Part shown: piece by piece, positions 24,725 to 37,100 of the stretch
How positions within the stretch are numbered: position 1 is the first letter of the stretch
How the letters are laid out: every line of letters begins with the position of its first letter
DNA from: Monocercomonoides exilis PA203
Taxonomy: Eukaryota > Protista > Preaxostyla
Assembly (NCBI GenBank): GCA_001643675.2
Contig: LSRY02000030.1
Location: 186,001-250,000 of the forward strand
DNA length: 64,000 nt
Direction: 5' to 3'
Position numbers and translations under genes: made by a program
Notes under the pieces: generated by a model
The model's input: the letters and a program-made list of their open reading frames with translations, nothing else
Databases searched by the model: none
What the model was told of the DNA's origin: nothing

Positions 24725-24995
24725 ATTCTCATCTCGTAGTCTCTCGAGATCTCCTGATTTCTCTTTTTCTCTCGATCGAACGAGCTCAATGCATCTTTGA
24801 TATTCTCGCAGTCTTCCATAGGTCCCATTTTTTTATCTATCTCTCGATTGAATGGGACTTCCTGCAGTATCGTTCTTCCTTCGGGAATCGACAGTTTTCT
24901 GTCTCTCTCCGTCTAGCGACATTGCGCGACTCCCTTCCCCATCACTTCTTCTAGGTCCATTTTCTATTTCCAAAAGCTGTTCCTGTTACTGTTCC

Positions 24996-26183
24996 TCACT
25001 GTATCCTCGGGGGAGCTGGGGGAAGGGGGGCTGTAATCGGGGCAAGTCTCCCAACTGGTGCTAATGTGCACTGTGGTGGGGCTTGTGTTGACTTCCTCCT
25101 TTCTCTAAAGTTCGTGAAGCTCCCACCGAATCCACGTTTTTGGAGCTGTCTGTACACAAAACCCTGGGTGCTCATTCCCGAACTGTACCTTCTAGCGCGC
25201 CCACTCCTAGTGGAGATAAGACCGAAAGCTGTTGGAGAAACGGGGGATGCACCGCCCCCTGGAACATCCCTCTCTGAGCGAAAAAAGCTGGTGCTCTCCA
25301 CCAACCTCATGAGGCTTTCTGGGACATCTTTGGACGTTCCTCCCTCAAGGAACCCTTTCACATTCTCCCAGTTTGACTGGGGAATAACCTTCAACAGGTT
25401 AATGTGGCTAATACAGTCTGCTATAAGGGCATATGAGCAGAATAGTCCTCTCAGTCGCTCTTTCTCTTCTTCTTCAAAATGCGCTTTCCTTAACTCCTTT
25501 GCTGTGATTGCTGCAATCGCCTTGGCAGCTTCAAACCCCGATTCTAGGGCGGGTTGGAGCAATTCAATGACTCGTACAGCTTCTGGAGAGTCCTTCCTTC
25601 CTTCAGCTGTAACCTACATCACCGCTAAAACATTCCAGCTCGCATCTGTATGTCTGGTGAAAAAGTTCTTTTCGGTCTCTGGGATGAATGTATTTAAAAT
25701 ATCATCATTTATCCTGATTGATCCAGCCTTTCAAAAATCCATGAATCTTCTCAGATCTTCCGCCTGTCTCCGAGTTGTCAGCCATTCGTCTGGGAAAATT
25801 CCCTAAAAATCATCCGATCTTTCTTCATCATCCCGCTCTTCTGTCTCTTCGGAATCACTATCGCTGACATTTTCGACTTTCAATTTCTTCATTTGACTAA
25901 GTGTACAACTGCCCCTCAACGGCTGTCCATGTATCTTCTTCGTGATCATATCTGAAAGATCTGATTCCGACTCCGATTCGCTTGATCTCGACAGAGATCT
26001 CCTTCTTGGCCATTCTCTCTTAACCTTTCTCGTTGGTATTATTCCTATTGCTCTGGAGCGACTTGATCCTCTGCTCCTTGACACTTCATCAATCCAATTC
26101 TCTACTCTTTTCAGCCTCTGAACAAGATCAATAGTCATCTCTTCGCTGTCACTGTTTTCCATTCGAACAGGATCTTGTGTCAT
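24996..26183 (-). pseudogene. DIRS gag-like ORF1, broken by in-frame stops
   Basis: ORFs 25803-26264 and 24996-25562 share a frame and are joined across TAG/TGA/TAG stops. It lies between the left ITR and RT and is basic/Ser-rich. The assignment is positional. Confidence 0.6.
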
Positions 26184-26260
26184 TTCAACTGAGGACAATG
26201 GTGCGTGAGAAAAGTTTATATGTAAGAGAAGTTTGCTCTTTAACCACCCATTCTTTAAGA

Positions 26261-26324
26261 TCAAAGCTCATTATCGAAGAGCAAATCTGCTCCTTGCATT
26301 CGTAGATTCGCTCTGTTGCGAATT
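26261..26324. repeat. DIRS left ITR
   Basis: Inverted partner of 21011-21075; AT-rich host-like DNA begins immediately outside it. Confidence 0.8.
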
Positions 26325-26509
26325 GTTCAAATTTTCTTTATCATATTTTTTCTTTTTCCAGCCTGAAAGTTTCATTTATCAAAAATTTTAGATGTCGTAT
26401 TACCACTAAATGCTTTGATAAATTAAACACGAATGATTGTGAATGATCATTTTCTCAAAAAGATTGCAATTATTCCATAACTTTTAATTTTTTTTTCAGA
26501 ATATGTAAT

Positions 26510-29500
26510 ATGCGTTTAACGGACGCAATTTTTGTAAATTTCATTATGCCTCTAAGAGTGTTTATTGCATTTTATGTGAAACTTGCTTATTCCGAAGATC
26601 TGGATTTGGTGGAAGAAGTTGAAAGCGTACCAAACATTGGCTCTCCTCCATATCCACGCGAAGGCTCATTCATCCAGTACATCAATACCCCACAAAGAAA
26701 AGGATTATTCATAGGAGGAGGGAGGGAGGGATCGTGATGGAATTGCCATGAAAGATTCATATTTTTTTGATTTGAGCCGGAAATTGTGGAATATAGTGCC
26801 AACCTATTCTCTTGATGTTCTTCCTGATCGATACATGTGCGTATCATTTTGCGTTGAAGATGAGGTATATGTTTGGGGAGGCCTTAGTAGTCGTGGACTA
26901 TCAAAAGAGTTGCTTTCATATAATTTTGAAAGGGGCTCTTGGGAAGTCTTCCCGCAATCAGGAAGAACACCTTGCGAGAGATATGCCCCTTGCAAGGCAG
27001 AAACATCATCTCATGTATATATTTTTGGAGGACAAGGATCTCATGGACTTTTGAATGACTTGTGGGAACTGGACAAACAGACATTTTTGTGGAGTTGCTT
27101 GCGGGAAAATGATCTCAAAAAAAATCCACCACCGCTTCGTGATGGAGGTGCATGCATATTCAAAGATTATTTGTTTATTTTTGGAGGTCTGACAAATAAT
27201 ATTGATGACAAGCCAAATGCTTACAGAATAAAACTTTCAAATCCTCATGATTGCAAGTTAATTGAAATTGTTTACGATGATTATATTCTTGGATCAATTT
27301 TTTGGGCTGGATTTACGAGTTATGTTACAGAAAAGGAATGCTATGGAATTATATGGAGCGGAAAGGAAGGTGCAATGACAAGTCCGATAGATAAACTATT
27401 TGTTTTGAATCTCACATCCGCTGGACTTAACCCTTACGCTAAAAATCTAACGATGAATAAAATTAATTTTTATTTTTTTAACTCAGGAAAATTTGGCCCA
27501 TCATGCACCGTGGATGAAGAAGGAACTATCTATACCTTTGGCGGAAAAGACGAATTTGGTGCAACAAACGGCATTTTGTTAATGTCAAAAGAAAATTGGT
27601 TAGCGTCGCATCGCGAGCTTAATTCTTGCCCTTTTTCTAGCAACATGTCGACTGCGCACTTTTTTCATAAGAAAAATAAGAGCAACTACGAAGATGTGCT
27701 GTCAGAGATGAATAATTATATTCCACTTCCTATAGTTTACCATCGAGTCGCAGAGTTGAATGGAAGAATTGCAGTTATTGGAGGATACAATGCTGAACTT
27801 AGCAAGATGGAAGTTACGAGCAAGGCATACTTTTTGTCAGAGAAAAATTGGTTTCCTTTAGGCTTGATCAAACCTGACAGCGATGGAGTTCCTTTGGTCG
27901 CGGAAGCAGCCGTTGTTTCATCGAATGGAAGAATTTTTGTGTTTGGCGGAGCAACTTACAATAGCAATGGAGACTTTACAACAATGAGCAATGATCTTTG
28001 GCAATTTAGCGAAACGACATGTACTTGGAGGAAGATAAAAGTGAAAGGAGACAACAAACCTCCGAAAATGTGCCGTTCTGGAGCCACAATATATGAGTCA
28101 ATTCTGTATATTGTTGGAGGTTGCGACATGAACAAGAAGCTTGTAAGCGATATCTGGTCGTTCAATTTTGCAACATCTGAGTGGCATAAAATTATGTTCT
28201 TGGCCGAAAGCATCCAAAGGCCAACTGTGTTCGTGAAAAGTTATATTCCCGACGATGATTCGACTGGAAACACCAGAAGCATCAACAGAACTCGGAAAAA
28301 GGTACATAACTCAGAAAAAACATTGAAGAAACAAAAAGGAAAAGGAAATGCACAACCAATTCCTCATCTTTTTGTTTGCGGAGGAGACAACGGAGTGAAT
28401 CAATTGGGCTGCTGCTTAACTCATCCACTTCAAACAGCAGTTTATTTTGAAGGATGGGCTTATCTGCTGGGGCCTGATTTCCCTATTGGCAGCTCTGGAG
28501 TTGTTATTGGAGATGGAGAAGTTGGATTTGTTGTGGGAGGAGAGGAATATGGCATTGCCAAGAAATCGTTCTTATCAATGTTCACCTTCGATGAATACGG
28601 TGAAGTGATTGATGTGACACACAAATTTGACGAAGGAAGAGAAGCAGTTAATTTTCCTTTGGTGCATGGCAGCTGTGCTTTTATGATCGATTCGCTGTAT
28701 TGCTTTGGTGGATATTCAGTGAGCGAGGGAATGACTCCGTTGCCTATTGCAACAAATAAATTTACAAGAATCAAATTGAAAAGTCATCTTTCTGGCTGCT
28801 CTCCTGGATCATTTTTCGACACAAACACAAATCAGTGCACTCTCTGCGAGAGCGGAACATATTCTTCGCATTTCAACCAAACGAAGTGCGAAAAATGCCC
28901 AGCTGGAAGTTATTTGTTATATTCTGGAAGAGAGAAGAGCTCTTGTATTCCTTGCGAAGACGGCACATACCAACCAACGGCTGGAAGCAGCAATTGCTTC
29001 GCCTGTGAGCCAAACAGCAGTTGTATTGTTGGATCAGCCGCGAGCAACAACACTTTACTGAGAGAGCCTTTTAAATGCACGGAGCAGCCTAAATCGTATG
29101 ATCCAAATTCGAACAAAGAAACGATGTTCACAGTGTTGTTTTATGGAGTTTCACTGACTCTTGGGTTGATTGTGGCTGTTGTGTGTTTTTGCCTACCTAC
29201 ACGCGAGAAGTTGTATAAGATTGATCAATATTCAGACTCATACAAGAATAAACTCGATGAGAAAACTCACAAAGCAGTGAAGATTGTGAGGAAAACGAGT
29301 TATGGCGGATGCATTTCGATTATTGGCTTTTGTTTTGTGGTTGGTGCAGCTGCGGCTGTGATTGTGCTATTCTTTTTGATAAACACGCTTGAGAATCGGA
29401 TTTATGTTGACTCAAAAATCCAGAACATAACGCTGGATAAATTCACCAACAAAAAGATGGAGTTCATAATTCGGCTGAGAGATTATTCAGGGGAATGTGT

Positions 29501-30373
29501 AAAGGGTGTGAAAGACAAGTCTGCTGAAGCACAAGGCGAATGCTCTCCACTTCTTGGGATTGGAAAAACTTCATATGACCCACTAAGTTTGCCGTAATAT
29601 TTTTTTAAAAAAAATATTAAAGTTTATCTCTGAAAAATTACTTGTTTTTATATTTCTTGTTTCATAATCTGCTTTGCTTGCTGTTTCAAAAATGAAACTT
29701 TTCAGATATTTATCCCACTGAGCCGGTTGCTATCGAGCCAAGATGCAGTCAATCTCCGTCTCCAAACAAATTATTCGCATCAACAACAGACTGCTCAATT
29801 CGACTTTCAGGAGAAAACATAAGTGTTGATACGATTGAAAGAAGAGCAAAACTTCTGTCGTTCTATTCGAAAGAGAAAGATGCGTTCTTTTATGGGATCG
29901 ATGGGTTCATTTCAGTTGATTCTGGAATAACACAGCAGAAAGGGTACTTCTTCATTGACTCTTCGTACCAGTCGCAAGCAGAAAGTCATTTTGATGGGGA
30001 TCCGTCACATATTTTCAAAGGCGGAGAACAAACGCAGGTTGTAGCTGAGCTGATGGTTAGTAAGTGTGAGGAGAACAAGTGGAAGCATATTGTACACATG
30101 GGCAACGAAGCAAACAAGATTTCAATAAAACCTGGTTCTCAAGTGAAGAGTGAAGATATCAGTCTTGCATTGAGTGTGGGTGCGGATGTGTGTGTTGAGT
30201 TATCACAGACAATGACAGTTACAACGAGATCATTTAAGACCTCTGCTGTGGGACTGATCACTGCATTGGGAGGAACATTTGCGTATCTGAATTATATGGG
30301 GAAGCTGATACCTGTTGTGGAATTCATATTCAGCGGGAAGTTGTTCTGTGGCTGCTGCAAAAAGAAGTGGTAA
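26510..30373 (+). CDS. Kelch-repeat (about 12 blades) + Cys-rich repeat multi-pass membrane protein; frameshift at ~26720-26731 (possible pseudogene); 2 exons
   Basis: Signal-like N-terminus and first blade (PPYPREG..LFIGGG) are in ORF 26510-26737. Removing one GGGA unit gives GGGRDRDGIAMKDSYF, in frame with 26748-29597. Kelch motifs: VYVWGG, VYIFGG, LFIFGG, IYTFGG, IAVIGG, IFVFGG, LYIVGG, LFVCGG, FVVGG, LYCFGG. Cys repeats: CSPGSF, CESGTY, CPAGSY, CEDGTY. Two TMs at ~29125-29195 and ~29305-29380. Exon 2 is open from 29706 to 30373 with a third hydrophobic segment. Confidence 0.8.
29587..29705 (+). other. Spliceosomal intron (119 nt, GTTTGC...TTTCAG)
   Basis: AT-rich gap. The GT at 29587 (not the one at 29594) joins exon 1 in frame to the open frame from 29706 (..YDPL-N-IYPTEPVAIEPRC..). 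Confidence 0.65.
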
Positions 30374-31119
30374 AATTCTCGTTTTCGAAGCATGGTGAGA
30401 GAGCCTCTTATGGATGAAGAGAGAAAGAGAATCCAGATGGAAAGCAATGATGTGATGCAAGAAATGGTTGGTTATTCATTGTGAAGGTACTTATTAATTT
30501 ATGGGTGTGTCATTTTCATTTGATTGTTTATGTATTTGTCTTCTTGAAAAATGCTTGCAAAGCATATATATTTTGATATGTAGTTTTTGTTTGATGAATA
30601 AAGATGGTAATGTTTGTGTGATATGTTTTTGAAGAAGCTTTCAATTGCATACAAAGAGCTTCACTCTTCTTCTATCCTTTTAAAAATACATTCAACAAAA
30701 ATTCTCCTGTGATATGTAATATTTCTATTTGAATAGTTTTTTTTGTTTGAAAGAGATATTCATCACACGGTATCTCTTTTGAATATATTCATTCAATAGA
30801 ACAAACAGTATTTTAGTTAATTATCGCTTTCATTTCAATTATAATTGTTAAATATTCTTTCTTTCTTTTAATTGTTGTTTGAATTCTGTTTCTTTTCTTA
30901 TTTTGGAGTTATAAATGTAATTAGAGTCTGATTATACTTGATTCCATTTGTGCATTTGAAACAGAAAAATTGGTTTTGAGTGAAAAAATTAATCATCACA
31001 CTTATTCAATTCTGTTTTTTAACTTTCAATAAGGAAGAAAGATAAAATAAAAAAATGCTATTTTACACATTTATTGCAGTATTATTTATAATTAAAAGAT
31101 AAAAAAGCAATTAAAAGAT

Positions 31120-34100
31120 TCATTTTTTGTTCAATTGTTGCATTACAATTTTCATTGTTCGAAGAATCAAGTTTTCTATCTTTTCTTCTTCTTCTCTTTC
31201 GTTTTCTCCATTTTCATTGCCATCATTGCCTTTCCATTTCTTCTTCAAACTTGAATTTTTGAATTCCACAGAGAATTCAGAATTGTCTTGTGTAATCCCT
31301 TCATCTCTTTTGATTCGTAAATTCTTGTATCTTTCACTAAGCTTCTGTGAAATAATGACTCTCAGTCCACTTTTCATTGACAAATCATCTTCGTTGTTTG
31401 AGTCTTTCTCTTTACTCTTGTTTTCTTCGTTTGATCTTTCAACATGTGTGGCTTGCATATTCTCCATTCCTTTGCTTGTTTCCTTTTCATTCTTTAAGGA
31501 ATTTCTATTTGCATCATCAATGGAAGTATCACTCATGCATTTCAGCCAAACTTCTTTCTTTCTTCGAATCACTTCATTTTTGATTGCATTTTCCTTTTCA
31601 TCTCTTTTTATCCTGTCGTTTAAAAGTCTTAACAACATTTCTCTTGTTGGAAGCCAACTTGTAACTTGCTTAATTTTCGTTGTTCTCTGCAAAATAACAA
31701 GCAAACATATAACTGTTTCTTCAATTTCTTTGATATGTGTAAGATTCGCTTGCGACGAAGAGGTAACAGAAGGATTTCTTGACGAGACAAGCAGCAAAGA
31801 AGGCGAAAGAGAAGCACCTTCAGTTCTTCTTGTGCGGATGGGGTCATCCACCTTCCAAACGGTATCTCGTTCAGATTTGTTTCGAATATCCGATCGAGGC
31901 GAGCTTTTTCTCATTCCCTCGTTCCTTTGCTCTTGCAAATATGAACTGCTATATTCGGAAACCCCTTCTGACCCATCATAAGCATCATCATCTCCCTCTG
32001 TGCTCATTGAAACGTATTGTTTTTTCCTCTCTTGTTCTTCCTTTTCTTCCTCCATTTTTGCAATTTCTTTGTTGGTCGCATCGACAAATTCCAGCAGACG
32101 TCTCTTCTTTCGAAGCGTGATGAATCGGAAGCAACGTCTCAAACATCGGAACAGAATGACATGGAACCAAGAATGCAATGTGAATGTGTTGAAGAGCGAG
32201 TGGAGTGAAGATGCCTGAGATGAAGAATCAACAAGGGACGAAGCAGTTTCCATTCTCAAGGCTTTTTTTGGATCTGCAACAGAAGAAGACGAAGAAGAAG
32301 TGGATGGAGTGAGCGACGACAATGTGTTTGATTTCAGTGATTGAGAAGGATAATACAAAGAATTGATTGTTGGAGAAAGAGGAGGAGGGGGTGGAGGAGG
32401 AAGCGCAAGAGGCGAATAGGAAGAAGAAGAAGAAGAGGAGGAGGAAGAAGAAGAAGAAAATGAATGATGAAGTGGCTGAGGCTGACGAATGAAAGAAGGA
32501 GAAGTGCTGCCAGAAACAGAGGATGAACTAAAAGTCTGTGAAAAAGCAGAGTGAAATGGAGATCTGGAAGACGCTGGCGGCAAAGGAAAAGCAGATGATT
32601 GCAAAGTAGAATGATACGAAGGCTGACTGTTGGGGAGTGTGAGGGATGAAGATGGATTGTTTGATTGTGGAAGAGTATTTGAAAAAGGAGAAAGGCGCGA
32701 AGTGTTGGAAGGAAGCGAAGAAGGCGACGAAGAAATTGCAGATTGATCTAAATCTCCAGCCATTTTACTCTGATTGCTTTCTTTTTTATTTGTTGAATCT
32801 TCAGAAACGAGGCAAAGCGTGGAAAGAATGCCGCTTGCAGCCGAAACAACACTCACCGATTGGCACAGCAAGAGTGACGAAAGCACAAATAATCCGTTGT
32901 GCGCATAGAACTCCTGCAAAAACAGAGACAAAGGAGCAAATTTCAGACAATTGCTAATCTTTGACAGCAACGAAAGAAGGTGCAATTTCACGGAAGTGTT
33001 TGTTTCTGGATAAAGGAAGTGAATGTTTGGCTGGTTGGACGAAGCGAAAGAAGAAGAAAAAGCAGAATTTTGCAAAGCATCAGAAGAATTTGCATAAAAC
33101 GGCTGTGAACCAATTTGTGAATATGTCGACGGAGAAAGCGGGAGAACGCTTCCATAAACAGCTCTTGTTGGAGTCTGAGTGGATGGAGAAGAAAGAATTG
33201 CGTTTGATGGCACAAAATTGCGTGGAGTGGCACTTGGAGACAAATAAGCAGAAGTGCTTGTTGCTGAAGAAGAAATGTATTTAATTGGTGTTGAGGCAGA
33301 AGCAAGAGAAGAAGAAGAAGAAGAAGAAGAAGAAGCTGATGATGAAGGAGATGAAGGCGAAGGAGGGAGTGAAATGAACGAAGGAAGTGGACGAGGCGAA
33401 TTTGGCTGAGAAAACAGATCAGAACGTGTTGGAACGGCAGATCCAAAAATTGAAGAAGAAGAAGCAGAAGAAGAATAAGAAGAAGAAGAAACAGATGCAC
33501 AACAAGGTAGAAGCCTGAGAAGACAAAGAGAACTGAGCAAAGACAAGCGCCAGCTGTGCAGTTCTTCTTTGGTGATTGGATTGCTTTCCAGCAAATGCGA
33601 CATCAACACCTTATTTTCCAAAGAAATGTCTTCATCATCACCTTCATCATCGTCTTCTTCTTCTTCTTCTTCTTCTTCCTCTTTTTCTTCTTTTCCATAG
33701 TCTTTGTTTCTTGTCTCTCCAATCTTTTGCTCTTTCTCTATATTTTCATCCGTTTCTCCGTCTTGATCGTCTTTCTCTTCAATTTCTTCTTCTTCTTCTT
33801 CTTGTTCTTCTTCTTGTTCTTCTGCTTTCTCTTCTTCTTTCCTTTCGCCTTCAAACACACCAAATTGTGATGCCAGCAGCTGTTTAATCTCCTTTTCCTT
33901 CTTCTTCCTCTGCATTTTCTCTTTTTCCTTCTCAAGTTTATACTTCGCCAGCCTTCTTTGCTTAATTTCTTCTGTTGCCTCGTCAGCTGCCCACTCGCTT
34001 TTAATCTCGTATTCGTCTGCCATTTCAAGCAGAACTGAAACAAGACGCTGTCTGAAAGGCATATGTGAATCAGAGGAAATGAATGCTTGGGAAGAAGAAG

Positions 34101-37100
34101 AGGAGGAGGAGGAAGAGGAGGAAGAAGAAGAAGAAGAAGGGAAAGAAGAGTTTGTCAATCGATTCATACCATTTGCAGATGATATTTCAGCATTGTTGCT
34201 GATTTCAGTTTCTTTTGTATCATCGTTTTTGATTGTTCTTCTGCTGTTCAGTTTTTCTTTTTCTTTTGCCTCTTCTTTTTCTTCTTTTTCTTCCACTTTG
34301 CGGATGAATGAGGGAAGCTTTATTGTTGGATGCTCATCGTCTGCAAAAGGAGATTCGGACAGAAGAAGATGGAGGAGAAGAGAAAGAACTGTTCTTTGCT
34401 GGGCAAATGGAAGAAACAGCAGAAGAGAAGAAGAAGAAGATGGTGAATTTGAAGAAGATGAAGAAGGGATAGAAGAAAAAGTGTCTTCATTTCTTTCGCT
34501 TTCATTCAAATAGTCTGAAGTTTCCCTGTTGATATCAGCTTCATTGAATGTCTCTGTATGTTTTGGGCACAAAAATGGCGAAATATTAAAAAAGATGGAT
34601 TTCAACGAAGAAATTAGTGAAAAAGAAGAAGCTGAAGGAGAATTTGAATTGGAGGACTTTTGTTGAATTGAAGAAGCAAGCAGAAGAGGAGTGGAAAAAG
34701 GAGGTGTAAAAGGAGTTACACCAATAACAGAAGGGAATGTGAAGGAAAATGAAGAAGAAGAAGAGAAGGAGGAGGAAGAGGAAGAGGAAGAGGAAGAGGA
34801 AGAGGAAGAGGAAGAAGATGATGATGACGAAGAAGGTTCATTTGTGGAAGCAGGAAAAGAGGAATAGAAAGAAGACGAATAAAAAGAAAATGGAATTTTA
34901 ATCAGAATTGATGGATCGATTGAACAAACAGAGGAAAGTGAGGATGAAAGCGAGGACAAAACAGAAGAAGAAGAAGAAGAAGAAGAAGAAGAAGAAGAAG
35001 AAGATGATGATGATGATGATTGTAATGAAGATGATGAAAATGAGAAGGGAAGGGAAGAAGTGAAAAGAGAAGGAATGGAAGAGAGAAGAGACAAAATTGA
35101 CTGAATTGAAATGAATTTTGGATCAAACGAAGAAAAAGAGGAGTGCAAAAGAAGACGAGAAAAGGAAGGAGAAGAAGAAAAGGCGGATGAAAAAGCATTG
35201 GCGTTGTAATAAGCAGAGCGAGAGGAAGGAGAAAGAGAAGAAGGAGAGGAAGAAGGAGAAGGAGAAGAGGAAGAGAATCGTGAGGATGATGTGGAAGGTG
35301 AAATGAAAGTGGCAGAAGAGGAAGGAAGAGGAAGCGGAAGAGAAAGAGGAAGCTGAAGAGGATGAGAAGGCGAAGCAAAAGAAGAAGAAGAAGATGATGA
35401 TGATGACGATGAATTTTCAGGAGAATCCGAAGTTTTCCGAGAAGATGGTTGAGAAGCCAAGTTCTGTTGAAGTTTTGTTGTTTGAGATTTTGGAGGAGAA
35501 GAAGAAGATAAACGAGGCGAAGATGCAGTTTCTGCAATCGGAGCTGCTGGCAAAATTAATTTTTTAGATTTTTGGACTTTAATTGTTTCGTCATCATCAT
35601 CATCATCATCTTCTTCTTCTTCTTCTTCATATTCATCGTCATAATTTTCTTCGTCATCGCTTTCTTTTTCTTCATTGTCTATGTCATTTCTTTTTCTTGA
35701 TTTATTTGTCTTTTCACTTCTTCCCTTTCCTTTTTTCTCTTTTTCTTCCTTCTTTTCTTTCTTATTTACTCGCCTTGACTCAGAATTCTGTTTGCTGCTT
35801 TTCTCATTTTCTATCAATTTGCTTGATTTTTTCATTTTCCCTTGTCCATTTTTCATATTCAGCTTTTTGCTTTTTCTATATTTTTCTTTATATCGTTCAG
35901 TTTTATAGTTTTCACTTTCACTTTCTTTATCATCATCCAAACTTTGTTCTGTTTCTGTTTCTATTTCTGTCGATTTCTCCTCTTTCGATGAATTTTCTTC
36001 GAATCTTTCAGAATTTTCATAATATTCTTTTTCTTCTTCTTCTTCTTCACTTTCTGATTTTCTTTGTTTTTCCATCTTTTTCAATTGCATTCTTTCATGC
36101 GCTTTTCTAATAACATTTCGCTTATCGTTCTTTTCAATTCCTTTTGAATGACTTATTTTCCTGTTCTTTTCAGTTTTTGGCTGATTGTTTTCGTTTTCAA
36201 TATCTTCTTCTTCTTCCTCTTTTTCTTTACTTTCTTCTTCATCGCTTTGCGAAGATAAATCATCTTCTGAATCATTATGTGTTCTCTTTCTTATTTTTCT
36301 TTTCTTATTCTTTTGTGTGATTTCATTCAATTGCGTTTGCTTAATGTTTTTCTTTGGACTTTTCGTCGTCTCACGATTTTGATGAGAAGATACTGTGAAC
36401 TGCGATCTTTCTTCCTGCTTATTTTCTGAAGTGTCATCTTCATCAGAAAAATCATCGTCTTTTTCTTTTTCTTTGCCATTTGTTTCACCTTTCACTTTGC
36501 CTCGTAGAATTTTTGGTTTATCTTCAAAACTTTCATCTGAATCAGAAGAATTAGATTTTGATTTTGAATAAACAGCCGAGTTTTCCTTTGAAGGAGAAGC
36601 TGATATTATCACATCTTTCAAAGCATCTATTTCATTGTGAATCACATCAATTATGTCATCATGTGAAATAGATCGAACGGGATCATCTGTTTCATAGTCT
36701 TTCTGATAGAGAAAATGTTTTTTTCCGTTCTCATCATCAATACTGTTCGTTTTTGCAAAATGCTCATCTTCAGGTTCACCTTTATTTAATTTTGGCATTC
36801 TATTATAAAGTTCATCTTGGTCATATTCGTTTTCACTTTCAGTTTGATCATTTTCAAATTCATGTTCATAAAAAGATCTATATTCAGAAGGAGTTGGCGT
36901 AGAATCGGTTTCTGAATCATATGATGCAAGCATTGAAGGAGAGGGGACTAAAATTCTTCGGACTGGAGTGAAAGGTCTTTGAACTTTATCTTCAGAAAAT
37001 GACAAATCATCATTTGATGATTCTCTAAGCTTTCCGGATTTAGTTGGCGAAAAACATGAGTTAGCAGGTGGTAAGATTTGTTTCTCATCAAGTTTTCGAT

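Larger units (their letters stand above)
21004..26331 (-). mobile_element. DIRS1-type tyrosine-recombinase retrotransposon, decayed (~5.3 kb)
   Basis: Minus-strand order is gag-like, RT, RNase H, methyltransferase-like, tyrosine recombinase, with overlapping reading frames. Imperfect inverted terminal repeats at ~21011-21075 and ~26261-26324. GC higher than the flanks. Many in-frame stops. The 3' boundary could extend further toward 20480. Confidence 0.92.

Noticed and set aside
25066-25806. 246 aa plus-strand ORF inside the DIRS element
   Set aside because: Antisense shadow of the gag frame with no motif.
21000-26330. Diversity-generating retroelement or retron driving receptor variation
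   Set aside because: The RT is DIRS-type with RNase H and recombinase and is inactive. There is no template/variable repeat pair, and paralog differences are not adenine-specific.
29594-29705. Alternative intron donor GTAATA
   Set aside because: Splicing from it to the AG at 29705 gives a frame that stops within a few codons.
30371-30373. Alternative genetic code (TAA/TAG = Gln, as in some oxymonads)
   Set aside because: Multi-kb ORFs contain no in-frame TAR, and genes end in TAA (4549, 39615, 61950). In-frame stops in decayed elements include TGA as well.
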